DNA of 64,000 nt from an uncultured Actinomycetes bacterium (GTDB lineage: Bacteria; Actinomycetota; Thermoleophilia; Gaiellales; JAICJC01): NCBI GenBank assembly GCA_963737445.1, contig CAVTSO010000025.1, positions 116,870-180,869 of the forward strand, in the 5' to 3' direction. Within the stretch, counting starts at the first letter, position 1; each line of letters begins with the position of its first letter. Shown one piece after another: positions 1 to 9,665 of the stretch. The position numbers and the translations under genes are program-made. The notes under the pieces were generated by a model, which saw only the letters and a list, made by a program, of their open reading frames with translations, made no database searches and was not told the origin of the DNA.

Positions 1-76
1 GACGGCTGCAAACCGTCGCACGCCGGAATCTGCGTGATCGCAGATTCCCACTGAACGCTGCAAGAAGATCTTGCAG
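1..76. other. three consecutive short stem-loops (1-17, 25-48, 58-76) in a lower-GC spacer at the window edge
   Basis: Read directly from the sequence: GACGG-N7-CCGTC; GGAATCTGCG-TGAT-CGCAGATTCC (10-bp perfect stem); CTGCAAG-AAGAT-CTTGCAG (7-bp stem). They lie downstream of the minus-strand acyl-CoA dehydrogenase stop at 169. Function unknown, and the element may continue left of the window. Confidence 0.3.
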
Positions 77-168
77 TTGGCGTCGCGGCGATCTGACCGT
101 GCAGAGCACTGTGCCTCCCTTGCTCCTTGCGAAGCTCGGTTTTCGCTCGTCAGGTTGCGCCGGGTCGG

Positions 169-1284
169 CTACATGTCCGCGGCCCGCCGTTCCAGGTCGC
201 GCGCGATCACCAGCCGCTGCACCTCGGCCGTGCCGTCCACCACCTGCAGCATCTTCGCCAGCGCGATGAACCGCGCCAGCGGGTGGTCGTTCAGCCAGCC
301 GTAGGCGCCCAGCACCTCGCTGCAGGTGATCGCCGCGCGCAGGGCGGCGTCCGGCGCGAACCGCTTCGCGTGCGCCACCGCCACCGGACCCTCGGGCGTG
401 CCCAGCCGTTGCGCGGCTGCCTGAACCAGCAGGCGTGACGCTGCGAGGTCGGTGGCGGCATCCGCCAGCATCCAGCGGATGCCCTGGAAGTCCAGCACGC
501 GTTCGCCGAATGCCTGCCGGTGCCGGGCGTAGCGCAGGGCCGTATCGAGCGCCTCCGCGTGCAGGCCGGTCGCGATTGCGGCGATGTCACAGCGGGCGAC
601 GTCGATCGCTGCCAGCGCCGCGCGCATGCCCGTGCCCGCGGGCACCAGTTCCTGCGCCGGCGCGTCCTCCAGCAGCATCTCGCCGATCGGCAGGAACGCC
701 GAGGCGGCCTTGTCGTAGATGCGCGGGAACGAGACGCCGGGCGCCCGCCCGTCGACCGCCATGATCGCGATGTCGCGGTGGCCGGTTCCGTCGCCCGTGT
801 GACACACGACCAGGAACAGGTCGGCCTCGCCCGCCAGCGACACCCAGGCCTTGCGGCCGCTGACGCGCCAGCCCTGCCCGTCCGGGCGGGCAACCGTCGT
901 GATGGCGGTGGCATCCGATCCAGCCTGCGGCTCGGTCAGCGAGAAGCCGCCCAGCGCGTCGCCCGTGCGCAGCCGCTCACCCCATGTCGCGATCAGCTCG
1001 GGCGATCCGGCGCCGTGCAGGGCCGCGGCCACGGCGTTGTGCATCGAGAGCGAGAAGGCGAAGGCGGCGTCTCCGCGCCCGAGCTGCTCGAATACCCGCA
1101 TGCCGTCCGGGTAGGACAGCTCCAGGCCGCCGGCAGGCTCCGGCACGAACAGAGCGGTCAGCCTGGAGGCGGCCGCCAGCTCACGCGGGTAGCGCCCGCT
1201 GCGCTCCCAGCTCTGCACCTCTGAGCGCACGTGCTCGTCGACCAGCGCCCGTGCCCGATCGACGCTCGTCTCCGCGGCGGTCAT
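169..1284 (-). CDS. acyl-CoA dehydrogenase family protein
   Basis: Lower part of track ORF 169..1533(-). The sequence is ACAD-like throughout (GGFSLTEPQAGSDA, FLPIGEMLLEDAPAQ, C-terminal VVDGTAEVQRLVIAR). I moved the start to the ATG at 1284 (MTAAETSVDRARALVDEH) because the 83 upstream codons look like non-coding read-through. Confidence 0.8.
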   Translation of the reverse strand: MTAAETSVDRARALVDEHVRSEVQSWERSGRYPRELAAASRLTALFVPEPAGGLELSYPDGMRVFEQLGRGDAAFAFSLSMHNAVAAALHGAGSPELIATWGERLRTGDALGGFSLTEPQAGSDATAITTVARPDGQGWRVSGRKAWVSLAGEADLFLVVCHTGDGTGHRDIAIMAVDGRAPGVSFPRIYDKAASAFLPIGEMLLEDAPAQELVPAGTGMRAALAAIDVARCDIAAIATGLHAEALDTALRYARHRQAFGERVLDFQGIRWMLADAATDLAASRLLVQAAAQRLGTPEGPVAVAHAKRFAPDAALRAAITCSEVLGAYGWLNDHPLARFIALAKMLQVVDGTAEVQRLVIARDLERRAADM

Positions 1285-1362
1285 CCGCGGATCATAGGGC
1301 TGCGGCTTGCCTCTGCGGGCGACTCCTGCTTTGCTAAGGGGTACTCGAGAAAGGAGCCCCCG

Positions 1363-1716
1363 ATGCAGCGCAATGGGAGCGGCGCGGCACGGTTTGCGGA
1401 GCGGCGGGTGCAGGGCGTCGGCGACGACGGTGCTGACGACCGGATCACGATCTGGATTGAGCGCCGGGCCGGCGCGGTGTGGGCCGTCGGCCGTGCGGTC
1501 GGCCTGGATGAGCGCGCCGACGGCGCGGTGCACGCGGACGACTACGTGTTCGAGGGATTCGAGATGGGCGATGCGGTGGAGGCGGCGAACGAGGCGCTGC
1601 AGGCGGATCTGGACGTGAGCCGCGACGAGGGCCGGCCGCAGTCTGTGGAGCCGTTCCAGGAGCGCGAGCTGCTGGAGCCGCTGGAGCGGTGGTTCTTCGG
1701 CCGCTCCCCGCGGTAG
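1363..1716 (+). CDS. hypothetical protein (117 aa, acidic)
   Basis: Inner part of track ORF 1231..1716(+). The ATG at 1363 is preceded by AAAGGAG with a 5-nt spacer. I recognise no family. Confidence 0.45.
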   Translation: MQRNGSGAARFAERRVQGVGDDGADDRITIWIERRAGAVWAVGRAVGLDERADGAVHADDYVFEGFEMGDAVEAANEALQADLDVSRDEGRPQSVEPFQERELLEPLERWFFGRSPR

Positions 1717-1726
1717 GTGGATGGTC

Positions 1727-2084
1727 TTAGCCGAGCACGGTCACGGCCAGCAGCACCACGTTCATCGCGATCACCAGGCACGACACCAGCACGGCCAGGC
1801 CGTGCAGGATGCGGCCGTTGGCCATGTCGCCCATCACGTCGCGCCGGCGCCGACAGCGACTGGATCAGGATCGCCATTAGGTTCGACAAGAGCAGCACCC
1901 ACAGCAGCATGTAGCCGTAGTCGGCGCCGGTCTGGATGTTGGTCGCGAAGTTGCCGGGGTCCATGTAGGCCACGCTGGCGACGAACGCCGGGCCCAGGAA
2001 CGGCAGCACTCGCCGCACGCGCGCGAACGGCGATCGCAGGCCCTGCATCGGGGCGACGGCGGTCTGCAGCGATCGCGAGGTCAT
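1727..2084 (-). pseudogene. mntH: mntH (NRAMP Mn2+/Fe2+ transporter) remnant with a large internal out-of-frame deletion
   Basis: An N-terminal NRAMP block ([53 protein letters not shown], track ORF 1542..2120) is joined out of frame to a typical NRAMP C-terminus ([39 protein letters not shown], stop at 1727-1729). About 120 codons remain of a protein family that normally runs to about 400 aa. Confidence 0.75.
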
Positions 2085-2320
2085 CCCGGCCGTTCCGCTT
2101 CCACGTGCACGCTGTCCCACGGCAGCCCCAGCGCCTCGGTCAGGTACAGCTCCAGCAGCCGGTGGTGCCGCAGCACCTCGACGGCCACCCGGTTGCCGGC
2201 ATCGGTCAGCTGCGCACCGTGGTAGGTGCGATGCTCGATCAGCCCCAGCTCGGCAAGCTTCTTGACCATCGCCGCCGCGGCTGCGGCGGATACGCTCATC
2301 CTGTCGGCGATCTTGTTGTT
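2081..2320 (-). pseudogene. DtxR/MntR-family metalloregulator remnant lacking its N-terminus and its metal-binding C-terminal half
   Basis: Track ORF 2081..2299(-) carries only the DtxR wing/helix region ([73 protein letters not shown]). The roughly 30 N-terminal residues and everything after the EAE motif are missing. Its TGA overlaps the mntH-remnant ATG (ATGA). Confidence 0.7.
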
Positions 2321-2330
2321 AAACCTGGAA

Positions 2331-3161
2331 TCAACCGACTACGGTGAGCGGCGGCAGATCCCCTGCAAACAGGCCCGCCGCGCGTCCGGTTCGCTCGAGC
2401 ACCGCGAGCGCCCGGGCGCCCTCGGGGCCGAGGTCGACGGTGTGGTCGTTGACGTACAGCTCGACGTAGGGCCAGATCACGCTCTCGTCCATCTCTTGGG
2501 CATGGCGGCGGATGGTGACCAGCGCCTCGTCGCGGTTGGCCCAGCCGTAGGCGATCGACTCCCGCAGCAGGCCCGCGAACTCCGCGGCCACGCCGTCGGG
2601 CAGCGCCCGGTCCGCCAGGATCCCGCCCAGCGGCACGGGCGCATCCGCCAGCCGTTCGAACGAGGTGCCCAGGTCCTCGACCAGCGTCAGGCCGTCGCGC
2701 TGGTAGGTGAGCCGGCCCTCGTGGATCAGCACCCCCAGGTCGGCGTCGCCGCGCAGGAGCGCCGGCCCGATGTCGGTGAACACCGCCTGGCTGATCGTGC
2801 CCTGGTGCGGGTGCAGGCAGTGGTAGAGCAGCGTCGCGGTGGTGGTCTTGCCCGGGCACAGCACCCGCGACTGTGGTGACGGCACCGTTTCCGGCGCGGC
2901 CGCGACCAGCAGCGGGCCGACGCCGAACCCGAGCGCGGCGCCGCTGGCCAGCACCCCGAACCGGTCGGAGAGCAGAAGGGCGGCGTGGAAGCTGGCCTTG
3001 GAGATGTCGTAGCGCCCGCCGAACAGCCTGTCGTTCAGCTGCTGCACGTCCACCAGCTCCACGTCCAGCTCGAACCCGCGCATGTCGATGCGCCGCTCCA
3101 GGATCGCGTGAAAGGCGAATGTGTCGTTGGGGCAGGGGGAGATGCCGACGCGCAGCTTCAC
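2331..3161 (-). CDS. mqnD: 1,4-dihydroxy-6-naphthoate synthase (futalosine pathway, MqnD)
   Basis: Track ORF of 276 aa. The N-terminus MKLRVGISPCPNDTFAFHAIL is the characteristic MqnD signature (MqnA/MqnD periplasmic-binding-like fold). The gene is adjacent to mqnB. Confidence 0.85.
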   Translation of the reverse strand: MKLRVGISPCPNDTFAFHAILERRIDMRGFELDVELVDVQQLNDRLFGGRYDISKASFHAALLLSDRFGVLASGAALGFGVGPLLVAAAPETVPSPQSRVLCPGKTTTATLLYHCLHPHQGTISQAVFTDIGPALLRGDADLGVLIHEGRLTYQRDGLTLVEDLGTSFERLADAPVPLGGILADRALPDGVAAEFAGLLRESIAYGWANRDEALVTIRRHAQEMDESVIWPYVELYVNDHTVDLGPEGARALAVLERTGRAAGLFAGDLPPLTVVG

Positions 3162-3733
3162 GATGCCAGCATGCTATCCAGCCGCTCGCGCAGCGCATCC
3201 AGCGCTGGATCGAGCGACCAGCCGGCCAGATCGCGGTCGCCTGCGATGTTCGATACCGCCCGCAGCATTGTGCACGGGATCGCTGCGGTCATTGCCGCTA
3301 AGGCAACAGCGTATCCCTCCATCTCCTCGAGCACCGCCCGCGGCTCCGCCACGCGGCGCGATCGAGCCTGGTCGAGCGACTCCGATGCGCGTGCCACCGA
3401 GAGCGCCAGCCCGTCCTGTCCGTCCAGCGCGGCCTCGTCGCTGTCGGCGAACCCCAGCTCGGCCGGCGTCTGGTCGCCGACCCCGACGCCGTGGCAGCGA
3501 ACCAGCCCGGGGGCCAGCACCGCGCCGATCGGGGCCAGCTCGGCGTCGTAGCTTCCGGCCACCCCGGCCAGCACCACCCGCTGTGGCCGGTGGCGGGCGA
3601 TCGCGTGCATGGCGCCCACGCCGGCCCGCGCCAGGCCGAACCCGCAAAGCTCCAGCGGCGCGTGCGTGAGCGCCAGCCGCCGCGCCTCGAGCTCCGTCGG
3701 GACGAGCACGAGCGTGACGGGCGCTCTGCTCAC
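3158..3733 (-). CDS. mqnB: futalosine hydrolase (MqnB, nucleoside phosphorylase fold)
   Basis: C-terminal 191 codons of track ORF 3158..4120(-). The GTG at 3733 overlaps the nadA stop (GTGA). The sequence is PNP/MTAN-like (VVLAGVAGSY, LEEMEGYAVALAA). Its stop overlaps the mqnD start. Confidence 0.7.
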   Translation of the reverse strand: MSRAPVTLVLVPTELEARRLALTHAPLELCGFGLARAGVGAMHAIARHRPQRVVLAGVAGSYDAELAPIGAVLAPGLVRCHGVGVGDQTPAELGFADSDEAALDGQDGLALSVARASESLDQARSRRVAEPRAVLEEMEGYAVALAAMTAAIPCTMLRAVSNIAGDRDLAGWSLDPALDALRERLDSMLAS

Positions 3734-4663
3734 ACGATCTCCACCATCCGCTCGATCGCGCCGCGTGCCCGCGCGGCGACATCGTCGGGAACAGTCACCG
3801 GGTACTGCATCTCCCGCAGGCTGTCGCGCAGCTTGGGCAGGGTGATCTGCTTCATGTAGCGGCACACCGCCCGCTCCGACATGGCGTAGAACCGCTTGTC
3901 GGGCGCCTCCTTGTGCAGCCGGTGCAGGATGCCGGTCTCGGTTGCGACTACGAACTCGTTGCGCTTGCGAGGATGTCGCGTGGCGCACCATGCCCTCGGT
4001 GGACAGCACGTGGGTGGTCTCGGCCAGCTTGGCATCGTGCGCGGCCGCGTACAGGCACTGGCTGGCGCAGCCGCACTCCGGGTGGATCAGCAGGTCGGTC
4101 CCGGGCCGCTCCTCCATCATGCGGCTGACGTCCTGCGGTGCGGATGCCGGCGTGGACGTGGCACTCGCCCGGCCAGATCTTCATGTGCCGGCCGGTCAGC
4201 CGCTCCAGGTAGGCGCCGAGGAACATGTCCGGCAGAAACAGGATGTCGCGGTCCTCGGGCACCGCTTCGATGATGGCGCGCGCGTTCCCCGACGTGCAGC
4301 AGTAGTCGGACAACGCCTTCACCTCGGCCGTGGTGTTGACGTAGCTGACAACGACCGCGCCCGGATTCTCCTGCTTCCAGCGCGCGAGCGCCTCGGCATC
4401 GATGCTGGCCGCCAGCGAGCACCCTGCCTCCAGGTCGGGGATCAGCACGGTGCGGTTCGGGTGCCAGGATGGCGGCCGTCTCGGCCATGAAGTGCACGCC
4501 GGCAGAACACGATCACGCCGGCGTCGGTGGCGGCCGCCTGTTGCGACAGGCCCAGCGAGTCGCCGACGTAGTCGGCCACGTCCTGCACCTCGGCGACCTG
4601 GTAGTTGTGGGCCAGGATCACGGCGTTGCGCTCGCGCGCCAGCGCGCGCACCTCGTCCTGCAT
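3730..4663 (-). pseudogene. nadA: quinolinate synthase NadA, disrupted by at least 4 frame changes
   Basis: Recognisable NadA blocks sit in different frames: [54 protein letters not shown] (ORF 4442..5170); [11 protein letters not shown] (ORF 4117..4497); [17 protein letters not shown]...[13 protein letters not shown] (ORF 3948..5006); [16 protein letters not shown]...[13 protein letters not shown] (ORF 3158..4120); [26 protein letters not shown]...ERMVEIV (ORF 3730..4035). Confidence 0.8.
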
Positions 4664-4683
4664 GGTCTCGATATCGGGTGCGG

Positions 4684-5504
<821 letters not shown>

Positions 5505-5532
<28 letters not shown>

Positions 5533-7000
5533 GGCATCCTGTGGGCGAGGGCGGGGTCTTCGGAGGGGTAATCGAGCCGCACGTGCGGCGCCACGGCTCT
5601 CGTGCCGCTGCGAGCGCGGCGGCGTGCGATCAGCTGCGCGACGTCACGCGGGTTGGAGGCCGGCTGGTCGGCGAGCCACTCCAGCATCCGCTCCAGCCCG
5701 GCGGCCTCCCGCAGCGGGCCGGCATCGCTCCACATCCGGCGCCGCAGCGCGGCCAGCGGCGCGCGGGCCAGCGGTCGCCGTGGCGGGTCGCGCCTCCACC
5801 TGAACCGGGGCGGCGTCCAGCCCGGCGGCGACCGCGCGGTGGGAGAAGACGAAGCACTCGAGCAGCGAGTTCGATGCCAGCCGGTTCGCGCCGTGCACGC
5901 CGCTGGACGCGCACTCGCCGCACGGCGTAGAGGCCGGCGATGTCGCTGGCGCCGTCCAGGCCGGTGGCGATCCCGCCCATCAGGTAGTGCGCCGCCGGCG
6001 ACACCGGCAGCCGGTCGCGGGTCAGATCGAGGCCGGCGCGCGCGACGCCCTCGACCAGGTTCGGGAACCGGTCGCGCACGGCGGCGGCGTCCAGGTGACC
6101 CAGCGTCAGGTAGCTGGCCTCTCCGCCGGCAAGGCGGTTCTGGATCTCCCGGGCCACGACATCGCGAGGCGCCAGCTCGCCGTCGGCGTGCACGTCCAGC
6201 ATGAATCGCCGGCCCCGCTCGTCGACCAGGTGGGCGCCCTCGCCGCGCACTGCCTCGGAGATCAGGAAGGCCCGGTCGCCGACCGCCAGCGCCGTGGGGT
6301 GGAACTGGACGAACTCCATGTCCGAGATGGTCGCCCCGGCCCGGCGTGCGATCGCGATGCCGTCGCCGAGCGCTCCGGGCGGGTTGGTGGTGCGGGCGTA
6401 CAGCGCGCCGGCGCCGCCGGTGGCGATCAGCGTCATCCGCGATCGCAGCGGCCGCAGCTCGTCGTGGCCGATCACCCACGCCCCGGCACAGCCGCCGCCG
6501 TCGGCGATCAGCTCCAGCATCGCCGTGTGCTCGAGCACGCTGATCAGCGGCTGGGAGCGGACACGGGCGATCAGCACCTCGGCGATGTGCTGGCCCGGTG
6601 GCGCTGCCGCCCGCGTGCAGGATCCGCCGGCGCCCGTGGCCGCCCTCGCGACCCAGCGCCAGGTGGCCGTTCGTCGTCGCGGTCGAACGGGACGCCCATG
6701 CCGCTCCAGGTCGGCCATCCGGTCCGGGGCATCGGACACAAGTAGTTCGACCGCGCGCGGGTCGCAGAGCCCGCGTCCGACCAGCATCGTGTCGGCCATG
6801 TGCTGTGACGGGTCGTCATCCGGCCCGATCGCGGCTGCGACGCCGCCCTGGGCGTAGAACGAGTTCGACGACTGCAGCGATCCCTTGCTCACCAGGGTCA
6901 CGCGTGCACCCACCTCGGCCGCCTGCAGAGCCGCGTAGAGGCCTGCCAGGCCGGCGCCGGCAACGAGCAGGTCGACCGTCTGATGGTCGTCTCGGATCAC
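5505..7000 (-). pseudogene. nadB: L-aspartate oxidase NadB, disrupted by at least 5 frame changes
   Basis: The N-terminal FAD motif DLLVAGAGLAGLYAAL and most of the protein lie in ORF 5630..7000. GMGVPFDRDDE lies in ORF 6571..6819. HGANRLASNSLLECFVFSHRA lies in ORF 5644..5898. The C-terminus LRRRMWSDAGPLREAAGLERMLEWL...HVRLDYPSEDPALAHR lies in ORF 5505..6479. Confidence 0.8.
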
Positions 7001-7041
7001 GGCCAGCGCATATTAGCTCAAGTGACTAAAACTTGCCGTGG

Positions 7042-7066
7042 GGAATATGCGGGCGTCAGCGACGTT
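7042..7066 (+). promoter_or_regulatory. SigR/SigH-type ECF promoter (GGAAT-N17-GTT) upstream of the sigma gene
   Basis: GGGAATA at 7041-7047 and CGTT at 7063-7066, 12 nt upstream of the ATG at 7078. This matches the published SigR (Streptomyces) and SigH (Mycobacterium) autoregulatory promoter pattern. Confidence 0.55.
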
Positions 7067-7077
7067 GACCGATTCGG

Positions 7078-7707
7078 ATGTTGCTGGTTGCTGATAGCGT
7101 GGGACTCGTGGCCGATCCTCCTTCCGATCAGGCGGAGCCGACGGCCGCCGCCGAACGGGCGGCGGAGGCGCGCGATCGCGTCCACTTCGAGGAGGAGGCG
7201 CTCGAGCACGCCGACCAGCTGTACCGGATCGCCCTGCGGCTGAGCGGCTCGCAGCAGACCGCCGAGGAGCTGGTGCAGGAGACCTACCTGCGCGCGTTCC
7301 GCGGCTGGCGCGGGTACCGGCCGGGCAGCAACCTCGCGGCCTGGCTGGCGACCATCCTGCGCAACGTGTTCCTCGACGAGGCCCGCAAGCAGAGCCGTCG
7401 CCCGGCCCAGGAGTCGTTCGAGGACACGTCCGAGTACTACCTCTACAACCACCTCTCCGAGGCCGGCGCCGAGCCCCAGGAGGCGGTGCTGAACCGTCTC
7501 TCCGGCGGTGCCATCGCCGAATCGCTGGGCGACATCCCGCCCATGTTCCGCGAGGTGGTGGTGCTGGTCGACATCGGGGATTTCAGCTACCAGGACGCCG
7601 CGGACATCCTCGGCATTCCGATCGGCACGGTCATGTCGCGGCTGCACCGCGGACGCCGTGCCCTCAAGCAGGCGTTGGCAAGCAGAGCATCGGAGGACGC
7701 GTCATGA
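7078..7707 (+). CDS. sigH: ECF RNA polymerase sigma factor, SigH/SigR-like
   Basis: Track ORF of 209 aa. Region 2 (LVQETYLRAFRGWRGYRPGSNLAAWLATILRNVFLDEARK) and region 4 (FREVVVLVDIGDFSYQDAADILGIPIGTVMSRLHRGRRAL) are both present. It is followed by a ZAS anti-sigma gene with an ATGA overlap and preceded by a SigH-type promoter. Confidence 0.85.
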   Translation: MLLVADSVGLVADPPSDQAEPTAAAERAAEARDRVHFEEEALEHADQLYRIALRLSGSQQTAEELVQETYLRAFRGWRGYRPGSNLAAWLATILRNVFLDEARKQSRRPAQESFEDTSEYYLYNHLSEAGAEPQEAVLNRLSGGAIAESLGDIPPMFREVVVLVDIGDFSYQDAADILGIPIGTVMSRLHRGRRALKQALASRASEDAS

Positions 7708-7946
7708 GCCTTGATCCATGTCTGGGCGTCGAGAGCCAGCTGCAGCCCTACCTCGACCGGCAGCTGACGCCGGACGAGGTATCGATGATCGAGCAGCACC
7801 TCGGCACCTGCGCCTACTGCCGCGAGCGCTACCACTTCGAGGCCAAGCTGCGCGACACCGTGAAGACCGTCTGCTGCGGCGATCCCGTGCCGGAGGGGCT
7901 GGTCGAACGGGTGCGGCTGCACTGCCGCGGTCAGGGCGCCGCGTAG
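7704..7946 (+). CDS. rshA: zinc-associated anti-sigma factor (ZAS), RsrA/RshA-like
   Basis: 80 aa. Carries the HxxxCxxC motif (HLGTCAYC) plus an N-terminal Cys and extra C-terminal Cys residues. Translationally coupled to the sigma gene. Confidence 0.8.
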   Translation: MSLDPCLGVESQLQPYLDRQLTPDEVSMIEQHLGTCAYCRERYHFEAKLRDTVKTVCCGDPVPEGLVERVRLHCRGQGAA

Positions 7947-8515
7947 TCGACGTCGCCGGGCTCGGGCAGCCCGCGGCAGTCGATCAGCCTCGCCTCGAGG
8001 TCGCGTCCCGGGGTGTCGCCGGCCTCGGGCAGCGCCGCCCAGCAGGCGCGGGGCAGCACCACGGGGTGCGAGCGTCCGCCGCCGTAGTCCGCCGCGCGAA
8101 CCCCGTGCCCGGCCGCCGCCGTGCGCTGGATCGCCCGCGGGTCGAGCCCCGGGCCGTCACCCAGCACCACGAGCGCCTCGTCGATCGGCTCCGGCAGCGC
8201 CTCCAGAGCTGCTCTCAGCGATGCTGCCTGCCCGTCCGCCCAGCGCGGTGCCACTACGGCGACGGCACCGTGCAGGGGCACCTCTGCGGTGATCTCATCG
8301 ACGCGCGCGCCGAGCACCACCAGCCGCGTGGCGATCCCGGACCGCTCCACCGCGATCAGCACCCGCTCCAGCATCGTGATGCCCTCGATCAGGTGCAGCT
8401 GCTTGGGGCCGCCGAAGCGCCTGCCCTCGCCCGCGGCCAGCACCACGGCGGCGATCGTGTCGCGGGGTTCGTCGTCCACGGGCCAACCGTAGCCCGCGTG
8501 GTAGGTTGCCGCCAT
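7931..8515 (-). CDS. MobA/MocA-like nucleotidyltransferase (molybdenum cofactor cytidylyl/guanylyl-transferase family)
   Basis: Track ORF 7931..8524(-). Carries the NTP-transferase P-loop-like motif AAVVLAAGEGRRFGGPKQL. The start is uncertain: ATG at 8515 or GTG at 8479. Confidence 0.65.
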   Translation of the reverse strand: MAATYHAGYGWPVDDEPRDTIAAVVLAAGEGRRFGGPKQLHLIEGITMLERVLIAVERSGIATRLVVLGARVDEITAEVPLHGAVAVVAPRWADGQAASLRAALEALPEPIDEALVVLGDGPGLDPRAIQRTAAAGHGVRAADYGGGRSHPVVLPRACWAALPEAGDTPGRDLEARLIDCRGLPEPGDVDYAAP

Positions 8516-9665
8516 GACTGACAACCTGCTTATTCATGCGGATTCCCATCGCGATGCGGACATGTTCGTCGCCACCGGAGTGGCCGTGGTCGATCCGTTC
8601 ACCTACCTCGAGCTGGACGGGCTGCGCGTGATCGTGGCGAGCGTGCTCGAGGCCGACGTGATCCGTCGCGACTCGCGTGCCAGCGATGTCTGGACGGACG
8701 ACGAGTTCGGCGGCCGCGAGCTGATGGCAAAGGGCTGGAGCTACCACGACGCCGAGATGGAGGTGGTGCGGCGGGTGCTCGAGAAGGCAGGCGCCCAGGC
8801 CGTCGTCGTTCCACCTTCGTTCCCGGTCAGCCTGGCCGACTACCTGCGCGGAAAGGGCCACACGGTCACCCCCGACCGCGAGGTGTTCGAGCGACGGCGG
8901 CGCAGCAAGGACGCGGCCCAGCTGGCCGCGATCAACGTCGCCCAGCGTGCAACCGAGCGGGCCTTTCGCTCGGTGCGGGAGTTGCTCGGCTCGGCAACGC
9001 CACAGGAGTCGGGCGTGCTGATGGCGGGCGGCGAGCAGGTAACGTGCGAGCGCGTCCGCGACGCGATCGTGGAAACGTTGCGCGAGCACGGCTGCGAGGG
9101 CGAGCCGCCGCTGGTCGGCGCCGGCCCCCGCGGTGCGCTGGTGCACGATCTCGGCAGGGGACCGATTCACGCCGGCGAGCCGGTGATCGTGGACATCTTC
9201 CCGCGCCACGCAGCCAGCCGGTACTGCGCCGACATGACCCGCACGTTCTGCTTCGGCGAGGCGCCGGAGCGTCTGGGGGTGATGCACGCCACCGTGCTCG
9301 ACGCGCTGAAGCGCAGCACCGAGGCGATCACCGACGGCGTGGCCGGAACCGTCCCCTGGGAGGTGGCGTGCGACGCGATCGAAGCGGGCGGCTTCCGCAC
9401 CCAGCGGGGGCTGGCCGAAGGCGAGAGCCTGGGCGAGGACTTCTTCCACGGCCTCGGGCACGGGGTCGGGATCGAGGTGCACGAGGCGCCGTACATGGGC
9501 CTCGGCTGCAAGGAGCCGCTGGCTACCGGCGACGTGGTCACGGTCGAGCCCGGCGTCTACCGCAAGGACTTCGGCGGCGTGCGGCTCGAGGACCTGGTGG
9601 TCGTCACCGGCGGCGAGCCGGATGTGCTGACGCAGTTCGACTACGAGCTTGAGATCCGTCCCTAG
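8514..9665 (+). CDS. M24-family Xaa-Pro dipeptidase/aminopeptidase
   Basis: 383 aa. Carries the metal-ligand motifs of the creatinase/prolidase fold (DIFPRHAASRYCADMTRTF, HGLGHGVGIEVHEAPY, VVTVEPGVY). Confidence 0.85.
   Translation: MTDNLLIHADSHRDADMFVATGVAVVDPFTYLELDGLRVIVASVLEADVIRRDSRASDVWTDDEFGGRELMAKGWSYHDAEMEVVRRVLEKAGAQAVVVPPSFPVSLADYLRGKGHTVTPDREVFERRRRSKDAAQLAAINVAQRATERAFRSVRELLGSATPQESGVLMAGGEQVTCERVRDAIVETLREHGCEGEPPLVGAGPRGALVHDLGRGPIHAGEPVIVDIFPRHAASRYCADMTRTFCFGEAPERLGVMHATVLDALKRSTEAITDGVAGTVPWEVACDAIEAGGFRTQRGLAEGESLGEDFFHGLGHGVGIEVHEAPYMGLGCKEPLATGDVVTVEPGVYRKDFGGVRLEDLVVVTGGEPDVLTQFDYELEIRP

Noticed and set aside
1-90. Possible tRNA or tRNA fragment suggested by the clustered hairpins
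   Set aside because: Stem and loop sizes do not fit a cloverleaf: 10-bp stem with 4-nt loop and 7-bp stem with 5-nt loop. There is no T-loop GTTCRANYC-like sequence and no U33 in a 7-nt loop on either strand.
8295-9482. 395-aa ORF antisense to the M24 peptidase gene
   Set aside because: It has Arg/Ala/Gly/His-rich low-complexity composition and no recognisable motifs. It fully overlaps a well-supported gene on the other strand. This is a typical shadow ORF of GC-rich DNA.
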